A stretch of DNA of 40,431 bases, taken from assembly GCA_036676985.1 (NCBI GenBank), contig JAKFBU010000015.1, forward strand, positions 1 to 40,431, written 5' to 3'. The position numbers were made by a program, and so were the translations under genes. The notes under the pieces were generated by a model that ran no database searches, was not told where the DNA came from, and saw nothing but the letters and a program-made list of their open reading frames with translations. The stretch comes from Candidatus Sericytochromatia bacterium (GTDB lineage Bacteria; Cyanobacteriota; Sericytochromatia; S15B-MN24; UBA4093). Positions 28,492 through 36,857 of this stretch are shown here, one piece after another (within the stretch, counting starts at the first letter, position 1; every line of letters starts with the position of its first letter).

Positions 28492-29625
28492 TCAACGCGG
28501 CGTCTTGGGCGGATGTTCCGTCGTCACGGGGGGCACCTCGAGCTTCCTCGGCAACTCCGCGATCACCCGATTGGCGAACTCCTCGGTCGGCAGGGACACC
28601 ACGCCCGCCGGACAGACGTCGCAGGTGCGGGCGCCCGACTCGAGGGCGGCCGCGACGGCCTCCCGGATGGAATGGCAGGCCTCCGCGTCATCGAAGGCGT
28701 AGTGGAGCATCATGGCCCCCGCCAGGATAGCGGCGGTCGGATTGGCGATCCCCTTGCCGACGAGGTCGGGTGCCGAGCCATGGCTGGGTGAGAAGAGACC
28801 TTTGGTCTGGCCGCCCAGCACAGCAGACGGGTGCAGGGCGAAGGTGCCAGTCAGAGCACTCGCTTGCACCGACAGCAGGTCCCCCACGACGGCGTCCGCG
28901 AGGATCACGTCGAACATGGTCGGCTCGAGCGTCATCTTCAGCACGCATGTGTCCACGTCCATACGCTGGTAGCGGACGTCAGGATACCCTTTCGCCACGG
29001 CGGCCACGACCTCGTCCCAGAGCTGGCCGGTCTCGAGGATCTTGCCGATGCCGGCCAGCACGACATGGCCACGGCGCTCCAGGGCGATGTCGAAGGCCAT
29101 GCGGGCCACCCGCTCGATCTCCCCGCTCGAGTAGGTGAGGGTGTTGGTCGCGATCCGCCGACCGTCAGGCGTCTCCTCGATGCCCCGGGGACGCCCGTAG
29201 TAGAGCCCCGACGAGACGTCCCGGACGACCATGATGTCGACGCCCCGGATGACCTCCGGCTTCAGCGTCGAGGCGTCGATCAGCGATTCGTAGACCTGGA
29301 TGGGCCTCAGGTTGGCGTAGGTGCCGAGCCAACCGAGCAAGGAGAGGACAGCCTGCTTGGGGTGGCTCATGCTGGTGGGTTTCGACCAGCGGGAGCCGCC
29401 CACCGGTCCCAGCATCACTCCATCCGCCTTGCGGCAGAGCTGGATGGTCTCGATGGGCAACGGGTTGTTGGTGGCCTGCAGGGCCGCCTGGCCGATGAGG
29501 CCTTCCGTCACGTCCAGCTCGAAGCCGAACCGCTCCCCGGTCGCGTGCAGGACCCGCATGGCCGTCCGCATCACGTCCGGACCAATCCCGTCACCATTGA
29601 GGAGCGCGACCTTGAACTTGCGCAT
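28492..29625 (-). CDS. 3-isopropylmalate dehydrogenase (LeuB)-like protein with a degenerate active site
   Basis: GDGIGP, YANLRP, GLYYGRPRG, HGSAPD..GKGIANP are retained; DKAN, LSD and FEP motifs are altered. Confidence 0.88.
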   Translation of the reverse strand: MRKFKVALLNGDGIGPDVMRTAMRVLHATGERFGFELDVTEGLIGQAALQATNNPLPIETIQLCRKADGVMLGPVGGSRWSKPTSMSHPKQAVLSLLGWLGTYANLRPIQVYESLIDASTLKPEVIRGVDIMVVRDVSSGLYYGRPRGIEETPDGRRIATNTLTYSSGEIERVARMAFDIALERRGHVVLAGIGKILETGQLWDEVVAAVAKGYPDVRYQRMDVDTCVLKMTLEPTMFDVILADAVVGDLLSVQASALTGTFALHPSAVLGGQTKGLFSPSHGSAPDLVGKGIANPTAAILAGAMMLHYAFDDAEACHSIREAVAAALESGARTCDVCPAGVVSLPTEEFANRVIAELPRKLEVPPVTTEHPPKTPR

Positions 29626-29872
29626 GCCGGCCTCCAGGGAAACTCCCGTCCCCCATCCTTAGCGCGGGGGGCAGGGGGTGCGCAAGGGACGATTAGAGGG
29701 TCTGGCTCCGGCGCTGGGCGTTCATCGGCGCTGCGCCCGGGGGACGCCCAGCGAGGCCGAGCCCTTGGCGACGTCTCGCCCCTGGGGGACCGCCAGGGGG
29801 TACCATGGACCAACCGCTCGCGACGGCGTCGGAACAATCCGAGCGACCGAGGGGTCGAAGCAGGAGGGTACG

Positions 29873-30217
29873 ATGGCACGGACGTTTGACGACTTCGAGG
29901 CCTTCTGGCTCTATTACCTCGCCCAGCACCGGGATCCGGTCTGTCGCCGCCTGCATTTCGCGGGCACGACCCTGGCGCTGGCCTGCCTGGCGCTCGCCGC
30001 CCGGTGGCCGGCATGGCTGCTGATCGCTCCGCTTGCAGGCTACGGGCTGGCGTGGTACGGACATTTCGTCTTCGAGAAGAACCGGCCCGCGACCTTCGGC
30101 CACGCCTGGTGGTCGCTGCGGGCGGACTTCCGGATGTATCGCTACATGTGGCTCGGCCGGCTGCAGGCCGAGCTCGAACGGTCGCAGGCGGCTCAAGGGG
30201 CCGATGCGGCCGGCTAG
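29873..30217 (+). CDS. DUF962 (Mpo1-like) membrane protein
   Basis: F..FW.YYL.QH....RRLHF.GT and GYGLAW.GHFVFEKNRPATF signatures. Confidence 0.92.
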   Translation: MARTFDDFEAFWLYYLAQHRDPVCRRLHFAGTTLALACLALAARWPAWLLIAPLAGYGLAWYGHFVFEKNRPATFGHAWWSLRADFRMYRYMWLGRLQAELERSQAAQGADAAG

Positions 30218-30226
30218 GAGTTCACG

Positions 30227-30601
30227 ATGGATCGCCTCTTTTTCGTCCTGGGAGCCGTGAGCGGCTTCCTGAGCGTTGCCCTCGGCGCCTTCGGCGCCCA
30301 TGCCCTGCGCCAGCGCCTTCAGCTTCCCCCCGATCTGTTGCGGATCTGGGAGACGGGCGTGCAGTACCAGTTCATGCATGCCATCGCGTTGCTCGTCGTG
30401 GGGCTCGCGGCCTCTCGCTTCGCCAACGGTCCGTGGCAGGCCGCAGGATGGTGCTTCGTCGCAGGCACCGTCGTCTTCTCGGGCAGCCTCTACACCCTGT
30501 CCCTGACCGGGATGCGCTGGCTGGGGGCGATCACGCCCATCGGGGGCGTGCTCTTCCTTGTCGGCTGGATCCTGCTGGTCGTCACCGCGTTGCGGAGCTA
30601 G
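30227..30601 (+). CDS. DUF423 (YgdD/TMEM256) membrane protein
   Basis: ALGAFGAHAL, WETGVQYQFMHA, FSGSLY.LSL, LGAITPIGG. Confidence 0.93.
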   Translation: MDRLFFVLGAVSGFLSVALGAFGAHALRQRLQLPPDLLRIWETGVQYQFMHAIALLVVGLAASRFANGPWQAAGWCFVAGTVVFSGSLYTLSLTGMRWLGAITPIGGVLFLVGWILLVVTALRS

Positions 30602-30660
30602 GCTCAAGGCGCGATCGCCGCCGAGTAGCCCCTGCCCCGACTCCCACCGCCCCGGCGGGG

Positions 30661-30666
30661 TACAAT
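30661..30666 (+). promoter_or_regulatory. Putative -10 element of a leaderless transcript
   Basis: TACAAT ends 7 nt before the ATG at 30674; no Shine-Dalgarno between them. Confidence 0.5.
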
Positions 30667-30673
30667 AGAACGT

Positions 30674-32869
30674 ATGAGCCAGTCGTTGCCAGAGTTCGAG
30701 ACCCTGTCGGGGATCGTCGAACGGGTCACCTACCACAACGCCGAGAACGGCTACACCGTCGCCAAGCTCAAGGTGCCGCGGGAGCACGACCTGGTCACGC
30801 TCATCGGCAACTTCGCGCAGATCAACGCGGGCGAGAGCATCCGCGCGCGTGGCCACTGGGGCAACCACCCCAAGCACGGGACGCAGTTCAAGGCCGTCTT
30901 CGTGGACGTCCTGGCGCCGGCGACGGTGGTCGGCCTCGAGAAGTACCTGGGCTCCGGGCTCATCAAGGGGGTCGGTCCCGTCACGGCCAAGCGCATGGTC
31001 AAGTTCTTCGGGCCTGCGATCCTCGACATCATCGACCAGGACCCAGAGCGCCTGCACGAGGTGCCCGGCGTCGGTCCCAAGCGCATCCGGATGATCATCC
31101 GTGCCTGGGCCGAGCACAAGGCCATCAAGAACGTCATGGTCTTCCTGCAGGGGCACGGCGTGTCGACCACCTACGCCGTCAAGATCTACAAGACCTACGG
31201 GGACGACGCCATCAACGTCGTCTCGCACCAGCCCTACCGGCTCGCCGAGGAGATCTGGGGCATCGGCTTCGTCACGGCCGACAAGATCGCCCGGGCGCTC
31301 GGCGTGAGCGAGACGGATCCGGGCCGCCTCCGGGCCGGCGTGCTGTACGCCCTGAACCAGGCGGCAGAGGAGGGCCACGTCTTCCTGACGCGACCGGAGC
31401 TCCTGGCCAAGACCGCCGAGCTACTCAAGATCGACCCGGAGCTCTTGCCTGCGCCCCTCGAGCAGATGACGGCGGACAAGGCCGTCATCCAGGACCCCAT
31501 CAATGCCTCGCTCGACGCCTTCTACCTGCCCGCGCTCTACTACTGCGAGGTGGGCGTGGCGCGGCGCCTGCGGGCGCTCCTGGCGGTGCCGCCCGACCTC
31601 GATCCCGAGGACCTGACCGAGCGCCTGGAGCGCATCGAGGCCGAGGAGGACTTCCACCTCTCGGACGGCCAACGCGAGGCGGTGCTCGCGGCCGTTCGCA
31701 ACCGCTGCTTCATCTTGACGGGCGGTCCGGGCACGGGCAAGACCACGGTGACGCGCACCATCGTGCGCATGTGGGAGTCCCTGGGCAAGGAGGTGCTGCT
31801 CGCGAGCCCCACGGGACGGGCGGCCAAGCGCCTGAGCGAGGTCACGGGTGCCGAGGCCAAGACTCTCCACCGGCTACTCAGCTTCGCGCCGGACAAGATG
31901 GCGTTCGAGCATGACCAGGAGAACCCCCTGCCCTGCGACGTGGTGGTGGTCGACGAGGCCTCCATGCTTGATTTGACGCTCACCAACAGCCTCTTGAAGG
32001 CCATCCCGGACGGGGCGCAGGTCCTGTTCGTCGGGGACTCGGATCAGCTGCCGAGCGTGGGCGCGGGGCGCGTCCTGCAGGACATGCTCGACTCGGGGGT
32101 GATGCCGCACGTGCGGCTGACGGAGGTCTTCCGGCAGGCGGCCCAGTCGCTGTTGGTGCAGAATGCGCACCGGATCAACCGCGGGGAGATGCCGACCCTG
32201 GTGGTGCCGGACGGCACGCGGGTCTCGGACAGTTACTTCGTGCCGGTGGAGAGCCCGGAGGAGATCGGGCCGACGATCGCCAAGATCGTGGGGCGCAGCC
32301 TGCCCAAGCGGTTCGGGCTGCACCCACGGGAGGACCTGCAGGTGCTGTGTCCCATGAACCGCGGGGCGGCGGGCGCGCATGCGCTCAACGGGATCCTGCA
32401 GGATGCCCTGAACCCGATCTCGCCCGGGTCGCCGACGGCGAGCTTCGGGGGCAAGACGTTCCGGATCGGGGACAAGGTCATCCAGTTGAAGAACAACTAC
32501 GACAAGGAGGTCTTCAACGGGGACACGGGGACGGTGGTGGCCATCGACCTGGAGGCCCAGGAGGTGCAGGTGGCGTTCTGGGAGAACGAGGTCACCTACG
32601 ACTACTCGGACCTGGGCGAGCTGGCGCTGGCGTACGCCATCTCGGTGCACAAGAGCCAGGGCAGCGAGTACCCGGCGGTGGTGATGCCCGTGACGACCCA
32701 GCACTTTCCGATGCTGATGCGCAACTTGCTGTACACGGGCTTCACGCGGGCCAAGAAGCTGATCGTGCTGGTGGGGACGAAGCGGGCCATCGGAATCGCC
32801 TTGCGGAACACGGAGGGGAGCGATCGCTGCACCCGGCTGCAGGAGCGGCTGGTGTTTCCGGACTTCTGA
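30674..32869 (+). CDS. recD2: ATP-dependent RecD2 (SF1B) DNA helicase
   Basis: N-terminal OB and HhH region (IKGVGP, VPGVGP), TGGPGTGKT, PTGRAAKRL, VDEASM, VGDSDQLPSVG, AYAISVHKSQGSEY, LYTGFTRAK. Confidence 0.96.
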   Translation: MSQSLPEFETLSGIVERVTYHNAENGYTVAKLKVPREHDLVTLIGNFAQINAGESIRARGHWGNHPKHGTQFKAVFVDVLAPATVVGLEKYLGSGLIKGVGPVTAKRMVKFFGPAILDIIDQDPERLHEVPGVGPKRIRMIIRAWAEHKAIKNVMVFLQGHGVSTTYAVKIYKTYGDDAINVVSHQPYRLAEEIWGIGFVTADKIARALGVSETDPGRLRAGVLYALNQAAEEGHVFLTRPELLAKTAELLKIDPELLPAPLEQMTADKAVIQDPINASLDAFYLPALYYCEVGVARRLRALLAVPPDLDPEDLTERLERIEAEEDFHLSDGQREAVLAAVRNRCFILTGGPGTGKTTVTRTIVRMWESLGKEVLLASPTGRAAKRLSEVTGAEAKTLHRLLSFAPDKMAFEHDQENPLPCDVVVVDEASMLDLTLTNSLLKAIPDGAQVLFVGDSDQLPSVGAGRVLQDMLDSGVMPHVRLTEVFRQAAQSLLVQNAHRINRGEMPTLVVPDGTRVSDSYFVPVESPEEIGPTIAKIVGRSLPKRFGLHPREDLQVLCPMNRGAAGAHALNGILQDALNPISPGSPTASFGGKTFRIGDKVIQLKNNYDKEVFNGDTGTVVAIDLEAQEVQVAFWENEVTYDYSDLGELALAYAISVHKSQGSEYPAVVMPVTTQHFPMLMRNLLYTGFTRAKKLIVLVGTKRAIGIALRNTEGSDRCTRLQERLVFPDF

Positions 32870-32885
32870 TCGCCAACCGGGTACC

Positions 32886-33033
32886 ACCCCCCCAACCCCC
32901 CCTGCTTCGCAAGGGGGGCTTTTCGTGGACAGCCCCCTGGCGGGGGCAGATTCCTCGTGGGCAGCTCAAGCAACAATCCTGCGCAGCAGGACTCCTTGTG
33001 CCCCCCTTGCGAAGCAGGGGGGGAAGGGGGGGT
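32886..33033. repeat. C/G-run palindromic element between convergent genes
   Basis: ACCCCCCCAACCCCCCCTGCTTCGCAAGGGGGG ... CCCCCCTTGCGAAGCAGGGGGGGAAGGGGGGGT, 33-bp near-perfect inverted arms. Confidence 0.8.
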
Positions 33034-33045
33034 AAAAAGCAACGC

Positions 33046-33945
33046 CTACACCGTACACGTCAACCAGTGCGGATTCCGCACCGTCCCATCGTGCTCCTGC
33101 GTCGTCTTGTACTCCTCGAGCCGTCCCGCCAGCGCATGAGGCTTGGTCCTCGCCAGCAAGTCCCGCCGCTCCGCCTCTCCCATCGGCCGAAAGCCCCGAC
33201 CCACCCGAATCGCCTGCTCCACGTCCCCGACCGACTCACAGCCCGTGATCACCACCGACGTCGGCAGGCTCAAGGCGTACTGCAGGCACTCCTCGGCCGT
33301 GGCCACCCCGCTCTCCACCGCCATTCCCGCGGCCAGGGGCTTCATCCCCAGCACCCCGATGCCGCGCTCCACCAGCACCGGCAAGACCAGCTCCTCGAAG
33401 CTCCGGAAGTGCGCATCCAGGCAGTTCAGGGGCATCTGCACCGTGTCCCACGCGAAGTCCTGCGCCAGCATCTTGAGGTGGATCTTCGGGTCCTTGTGCC
33501 CCGTGAACCCGATGTACCGGAGCTTCCCAGCCTTCCGGGCCTCCACCAGCGCCTCGATGGCGCCCCCCGGACCGAAGATCCGGTCCGGATCCTCATGCCG
33601 GATGATCTCGTGCAGCTGCACCAGGTCGATGCAGTCGGTCTGCAGTCGACGCAGGCACTGGTCCAGCTGCGAGGACGCCGACTCGCGGGTCTGGCCGTCG
33701 ACCTTGGTCATGAGGAAGACGCGATCGCGGTACCCGCCCTTGAGGGCCCGGCCCATGCGGACCTCGCTCTCGCCGTTGTGGTAGTCCCAGCTGTTGTCCA
33801 TGAAGGTGATGCCGCCGGCGATCGCTGCGTGCACGATCCGCTCGGAGGTCAGGGGGTCGGGGATGCCCATGTGAAACCCGCCCAGCCCGATGGCGCTCAC
33901 CCGCTCACCGGTCTTGCCGAGCTGCCGGTAGACCATCTCGCTCAT
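33046..33945 (-). CDS. Aldo/keto reductase
   Basis: VSAIGLGG, FMDNSWDY, FLMTK, LQTD.IDLVQLH catalytic tetrad pattern, RYIGFTGHK. Confidence 0.93.
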   Translation of the reverse strand: MSEMVYRQLGKTGERVSAIGLGGFHMGIPDPLTSERIVHAAIAGGITFMDNSWDYHNGESEVRMGRALKGGYRDRVFLMTKVDGQTRESASSQLDQCLRRLQTDCIDLVQLHEIIRHEDPDRIFGPGGAIEALVEARKAGKLRYIGFTGHKDPKIHLKMLAQDFAWDTVQMPLNCLDAHFRSFEELVLPVLVERGIGVLGMKPLAAGMAVESGVATAEECLQYALSLPTSVVITGCESVGDVEQAIRVGRGFRPMGEAERRDLLARTKPHALAGRLEEYKTTQEHDGTVRNPHWLTCTV

Positions 33946-34011
33946 ACGTGACCCTCCCGCTCGTCGGACGACCGAAAAGACGGTAGCAGGAGCGTCCGGG
34001 ATGCGTAACGG

Positions 34012-34539
34012 CTAAAGGCCCAAAAGGTCCGAGTAGGAAGCGCGGATGGCGTCCGAGTCCCTGAGCCCGAAGTGGGTCATCAGAGCCTCCATCCGATCCA
34101 GGTCCGAGCAATCGTCTCCGGCCGAGAGCACCTCGAACTCCAGGAACGTCCCCAGCCCCTCGACCTGATCGAGGTGAAGGCGGCAGTCGTTCCAGAGGTA
34201 CAGGTGACGGCGCTTGGTAACCGTCCCGCGCAGCCCCATGCTCTCGGTCAGGAGGGCCTTCATCCCGATGGGATCGGGCACGGCCACCACCCGGAACTGG
34301 CTCCAGCGCTGTGCTGCGTCTTCCGGGCGGTCGTAGGCGATGAGCTGGGCCTCGATGCCGTTGATCTCGCGCAGCTTGAGCCGGCCGTGCGGGGCGTTGA
34401 AGTAGGTGTCCACCTGGAGGAGCAAGCCGCCTTCCGAGGCCCCGATCCGATCGGCCGTGCGCTCGGCGGCCTGAAGGTCCGCGATCCGGGCCTTCAACTC
34501 CAGGTTCTTGCGGGACGTTCCGTCTGCGACTGATGCCAT
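34012..34539 (-). CDS. CYTH domain protein (class IV adenylate cyclase / triphosphate tunnel family)
   Basis: NLELKAR, Q.DTYF, GRLKLR, LIAY.RP, V.K.R.LY, HLD.VEGLG.FLEFEV, SY.DLL. Confidence 0.9.
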   Translation of the reverse strand: MASVADGTSRKNLELKARIADLQAAERTADRIGASEGGLLLQVDTYFNAPHGRLKLREINGIEAQLIAYDRPEDAAQRWSQFRVVAVPDPIGMKALLTESMGLRGTVTKRRHLYLWNDCRLHLDQVEGLGTFLEFEVLSAGDDCSDLDRMEALMTHFGLRDSDAIRASYSDLLGL

Positions 34540-34541
34540 GG

Positions 34542-35525
34542 CTACCGTCCTGCGAGCAGTCGCTGCTTGGAATAGTAGAGCGACGGGTGGTAGGGGTTCA
34601 TCCGATCCGGAGTGTGGCCGAAGTAGACATCGAGCGAGTGCTGGCCCGCAGTGCTCGACAGGTCGATCTTCTCGGCCTGCCGGATGTTGCCCTGGACGGA
34701 GTTGAACGTCAGCCGGTTGGGCAAGTCGCGGCTCGAGCCGCGCTTCGCGAGGCGGCCGTCCCCGTAAGCCACCAGCCCCCCGTCCGCCTTCGGCTTGACG
34801 CAGTTGGAGATCGGCACGACGGAATGGCTGCCCCGACCGATGTCCACCGACGGGCGGCCGTTCGCATCCTTCAGGAGGTCCTCCCAGGGCGTCATGATGC
34901 CGCCGTGGTGCCAGGAGGTGTACATGTAGGCGGGCTTGAGCTTGCCGTCCTGACCCGGCTTCAGGTAGACCGACACCGTGCTCCAGTCCCCGTCGTGGTA
35001 GCCGCTCGCGACCTTGTTGTCCACGTAGTAGCTGTTGTACTGGAGGACGTAGAACTCGCCCTTCTTCGCCACGCTGAAGTTCATCTGCACGGCCTGATCG
35101 CCGCCCACGACGCCGTGGTCGTAGTTCCGGGCGTCGTTTGTCACATCGAGATCGCCGTCGTAGCCGGGCCGCACCGGGAACGAGTCCTCTCGGCCGTCGA
35201 AGTGGAAGTTGGGGGCGTACTGGAACGGATCCCACGTGCCGTCGGGCGAGTCGGGATTGGGGATGTCCACCACCGAGAAGGTCGGGCCGTTCTTCGTCAC
35301 GCCCGCCGTCGGGATGGCGATCTCCTCCGGGTGCCGGGCGCGGATGTCGGAGATCTTGGCCTTGCTCTTGTCGTCGCGAAGGGTGTTGAGGCCGAGCCCC
35401 TTGCCCGGGGCCGCGACCGCTTCCAGGCGTTCGCCCAAGATCTGCATGATGCCCTTGAGCTTGCTCTTGGCGTTCAGGTCGAACGGCGTTTCAGGGACGA
35501 CGCGGAAGATCGGCTCGGAAATCAC
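34542..35525 (-). CDS. Hypothetical protein with a Vps62/NPP1-like catalytic motif set
   Basis: RBS AAGGAG before GTG; YAPNFHF...EDSFP, LQY..YY.DN, HDGDWS.VSV.L, Y.SWH.GG, GSH. Confidence 0.65.
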   Translation of the reverse strand: MISEPIFRVVPETPFDLNAKSKLKGIMQILGERLEAVAAPGKGLGLNTLRDDKSKAKISDIRARHPEEIAIPTAGVTKNGPTFSVVDIPNPDSPDGTWDPFQYAPNFHFDGREDSFPVRPGYDGDLDVTNDARNYDHGVVGGDQAVQMNFSVAKKGEFYVLQYNSYYVDNKVASGYHDGDWSTVSVYLKPGQDGKLKPAYMYTSWHHGGIMTPWEDLLKDANGRPSVDIGRGSHSVVPISNCVKPKADGGLVAYGDGRLAKRGSSRDLPNRLTFNSVQGNIRQAEKIDLSSTAGQHSLDVYFGHTPDRMNPYHPSLYYSKQRLLAGR

Positions 35526-35628
35526 GTGGCGCTCCTTGCAGGGGGGACTGGTTCTGGTATCGTTAACTCAGAGCATAGATTGCGTTAAGATTTGGTAAAG
35601 CTATCGGCGAGTTCAGCAGGAGGGCGGC

Positions 35629-35904
35629 ATGGCCAGGCGGGTGCATCTGTTCGTCACCGGACGGGTGCAGGGGGTGTGGTTCCGGCAGGGCACGGAGCAG
35701 CGGGCACGCGAGTTGGGCGTGACGGGCTGGGTCCGCAACTTGCCGGACGGTCGGGTCGAGGCCGTGGCCGAGGGCGAGGCGACGGCCGTATCCCAGCTGG
35801 TGGACTACTGCCGCCAGGGCCCGCCCCTCGCGCGGGTGGATCAGCTCGACGTCGAGGACGAGCCCGCGACCGGAGAGTTCGCGGGCTTCGAGGCCCGGAG
35901 GTAA
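35629..35904 (+). CDS. acyP: Acylphosphatase
   Basis: [11 protein letters not shown] and [15 protein letters not shown] signatures. Confidence 0.95.
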   Translation: MARRVHLFVTGRVQGVWFRQGTEQRARELGVTGWVRNLPDGRVEAVAEGEATAVSQLVDYCRQGPPLARVDQLDVEDEPATGEFAGFEARR

Positions 35905-35905
35905 C

Positions 35906-36352
35906 ATGCGCGCCTTGATTCAACGGGTCTCGCGGGGCAGCGTCACCATCGCGGGCGAGGTCGTCGGCGCCATCGACCGGGGCTACGTCGTGCTCCTGGG
36001 GGTGGCCCATGCGGACACGCCGGCCGAGGCCGAGTGGCTCGCCCAGAAGATCCTGGAGCTCCGGCTCTTCGAGGACGAGGACGGCAAGATGAACCGCTCC
36101 TTGCTCGACGTGGAGGGCGGGTTGCTCGTCGTCTCCCAGTTCACGCTCTATGCGGACGCGCGCAAGGGGCGCCGTCCGAGCTTCACGGACGCAGCACCCC
36201 CTCCGGTGGCCATTCCCCTCTACGAGCACTTCGTGTCACGCTTGCGCGCGTCTGGTCGCCCGGTCGCGACGGGTCGCTTCGGGGCCGACATGCAGGTGGA
36301 AATCCTCAACGACGGTCCGGTCACGATCTGGCTGGAGCGCGACCCCCAGTGA
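35906..36352 (+). CDS. dtd: D-aminoacyl-tRNA deacylase
   Basis: [29 protein letters not shown]...NDGPVT. Confidence 0.97.
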   Translation: MRALIQRVSRGSVTIAGEVVGAIDRGYVVLLGVAHADTPAEAEWLAQKILELRLFEDEDGKMNRSLLDVEGGLLVVSQFTLYADARKGRRPSFTDAAPPPVAIPLYEHFVSRLRASGRPVATGRFGADMQVEILNDGPVTIWLERDPQ

Positions 36353-36413
36353 CCTAGGCGGATCGTCCCCCGAGGCCACCACCTTCCTGGTCAAAAGCAC
36401 TTCCCAGCGTGTG

Positions 36414-36443
36414 TTGACACCCATGGGTCCAGGAGTATACTCC
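36414..36443 (+). promoter_or_regulatory. Sigma70-type promoter of the KGG stress gene with overlapping palindromes
   Basis: TTGACA (36414-36419), 16 nt, TATACT (36436-36441); the -10 lies inside the perfect palindrome GGAGTATACTCC. Confidence 0.55.
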
Positions 36444-36500
36444 TTCACAAAGCGTTACATTTGCGCTTTGAATGAGCGTTTGTGAGCGAAGGAGGGCAGC

Positions 36501-36791
36501 ATGCCAGGACGGAATCCGGAGAAAAAGGGTGATATGACCGTCCGCGAAGCGGGACATCTGGGTGGTGAGACCGTCAAGGAAAAAATGGGCAAGGAGTTCT
36601 TTTCCGAGATAGGCCACAAGGGCGGCGAGAAGACCGCCGAGACCCACGGCAAGGAGTTCTACCAGGAGATCGGCCACAAGGGCGGCGAGGCCGTGAAGGA
36701 GAAGTACGGTCCCGAGTTCTACTCCGAGATTGGCCATGAAGGCGGACAGAAGGTCAAGGAGCTCATCGACAAGGGCAAGCAAAGCGAATAG
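36501..36791 (+). CDS. KGG-repeat general stress protein (GsiB/Em/LEA-like)
   Basis: MTVREAGH.GG then three 20-aa repeats G.EF[FY].EIGH[KE]GG (60-bp DNA period). Confidence 0.92.
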   Translation: MPGRNPEKKGDMTVREAGHLGGETVKEKMGKEFFSEIGHKGGEKTAETHGKEFYQEIGHKGGEAVKEKYGPEFYSEIGHEGGQKVKELIDKGKQSE

Positions 36792-36804
36792 CTTGTGAGA
36801 GAAA

Positions 36805-36834
36805 GGCCCCCGGCGCACGCCGGGGGCCGATTTC
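36805..36834. terminator. Bidirectional terminator
   Basis: GGCCCCCGGC / GCCGGGGGCC stem flanked by AAA and TTT. Confidence 0.7.
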
Positions 36835-36857
36835 CTGGGAAGGCCGGCGTCGCCGGG

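Noticed and set aside
30659-30680. LexA box at the recD2 start (GGTACAATAGAAC or GAACGTATGAGC)
   Set aside because: It mismatches both the cyanobacterial and Bacillus-type consensus in core positions and is better explained as a -10 element.
25473-32869. EVE + short PolA + RecD2 as an anti-phage defence island
   Set aside because: The genes are interspersed with unrelated metabolic and membrane genes in mixed orientation, with no nuclease effector or mobility signs.
34540-35235. N-terminal extension of the 407-aa CYTH ORF, suggesting a fusion or frameshift
   Set aside because: It is an off-frame shadow of the 34542-35525 gene. The CYTH domain is complete from the ATG at 34539 and no slippery site is evident.
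36585-36750. 60-bp periodic repeats as a possible CRISPR array
   Set aside because: They are in-frame coding repeats of the KGG protein, with no unique spacers and no cas genes.
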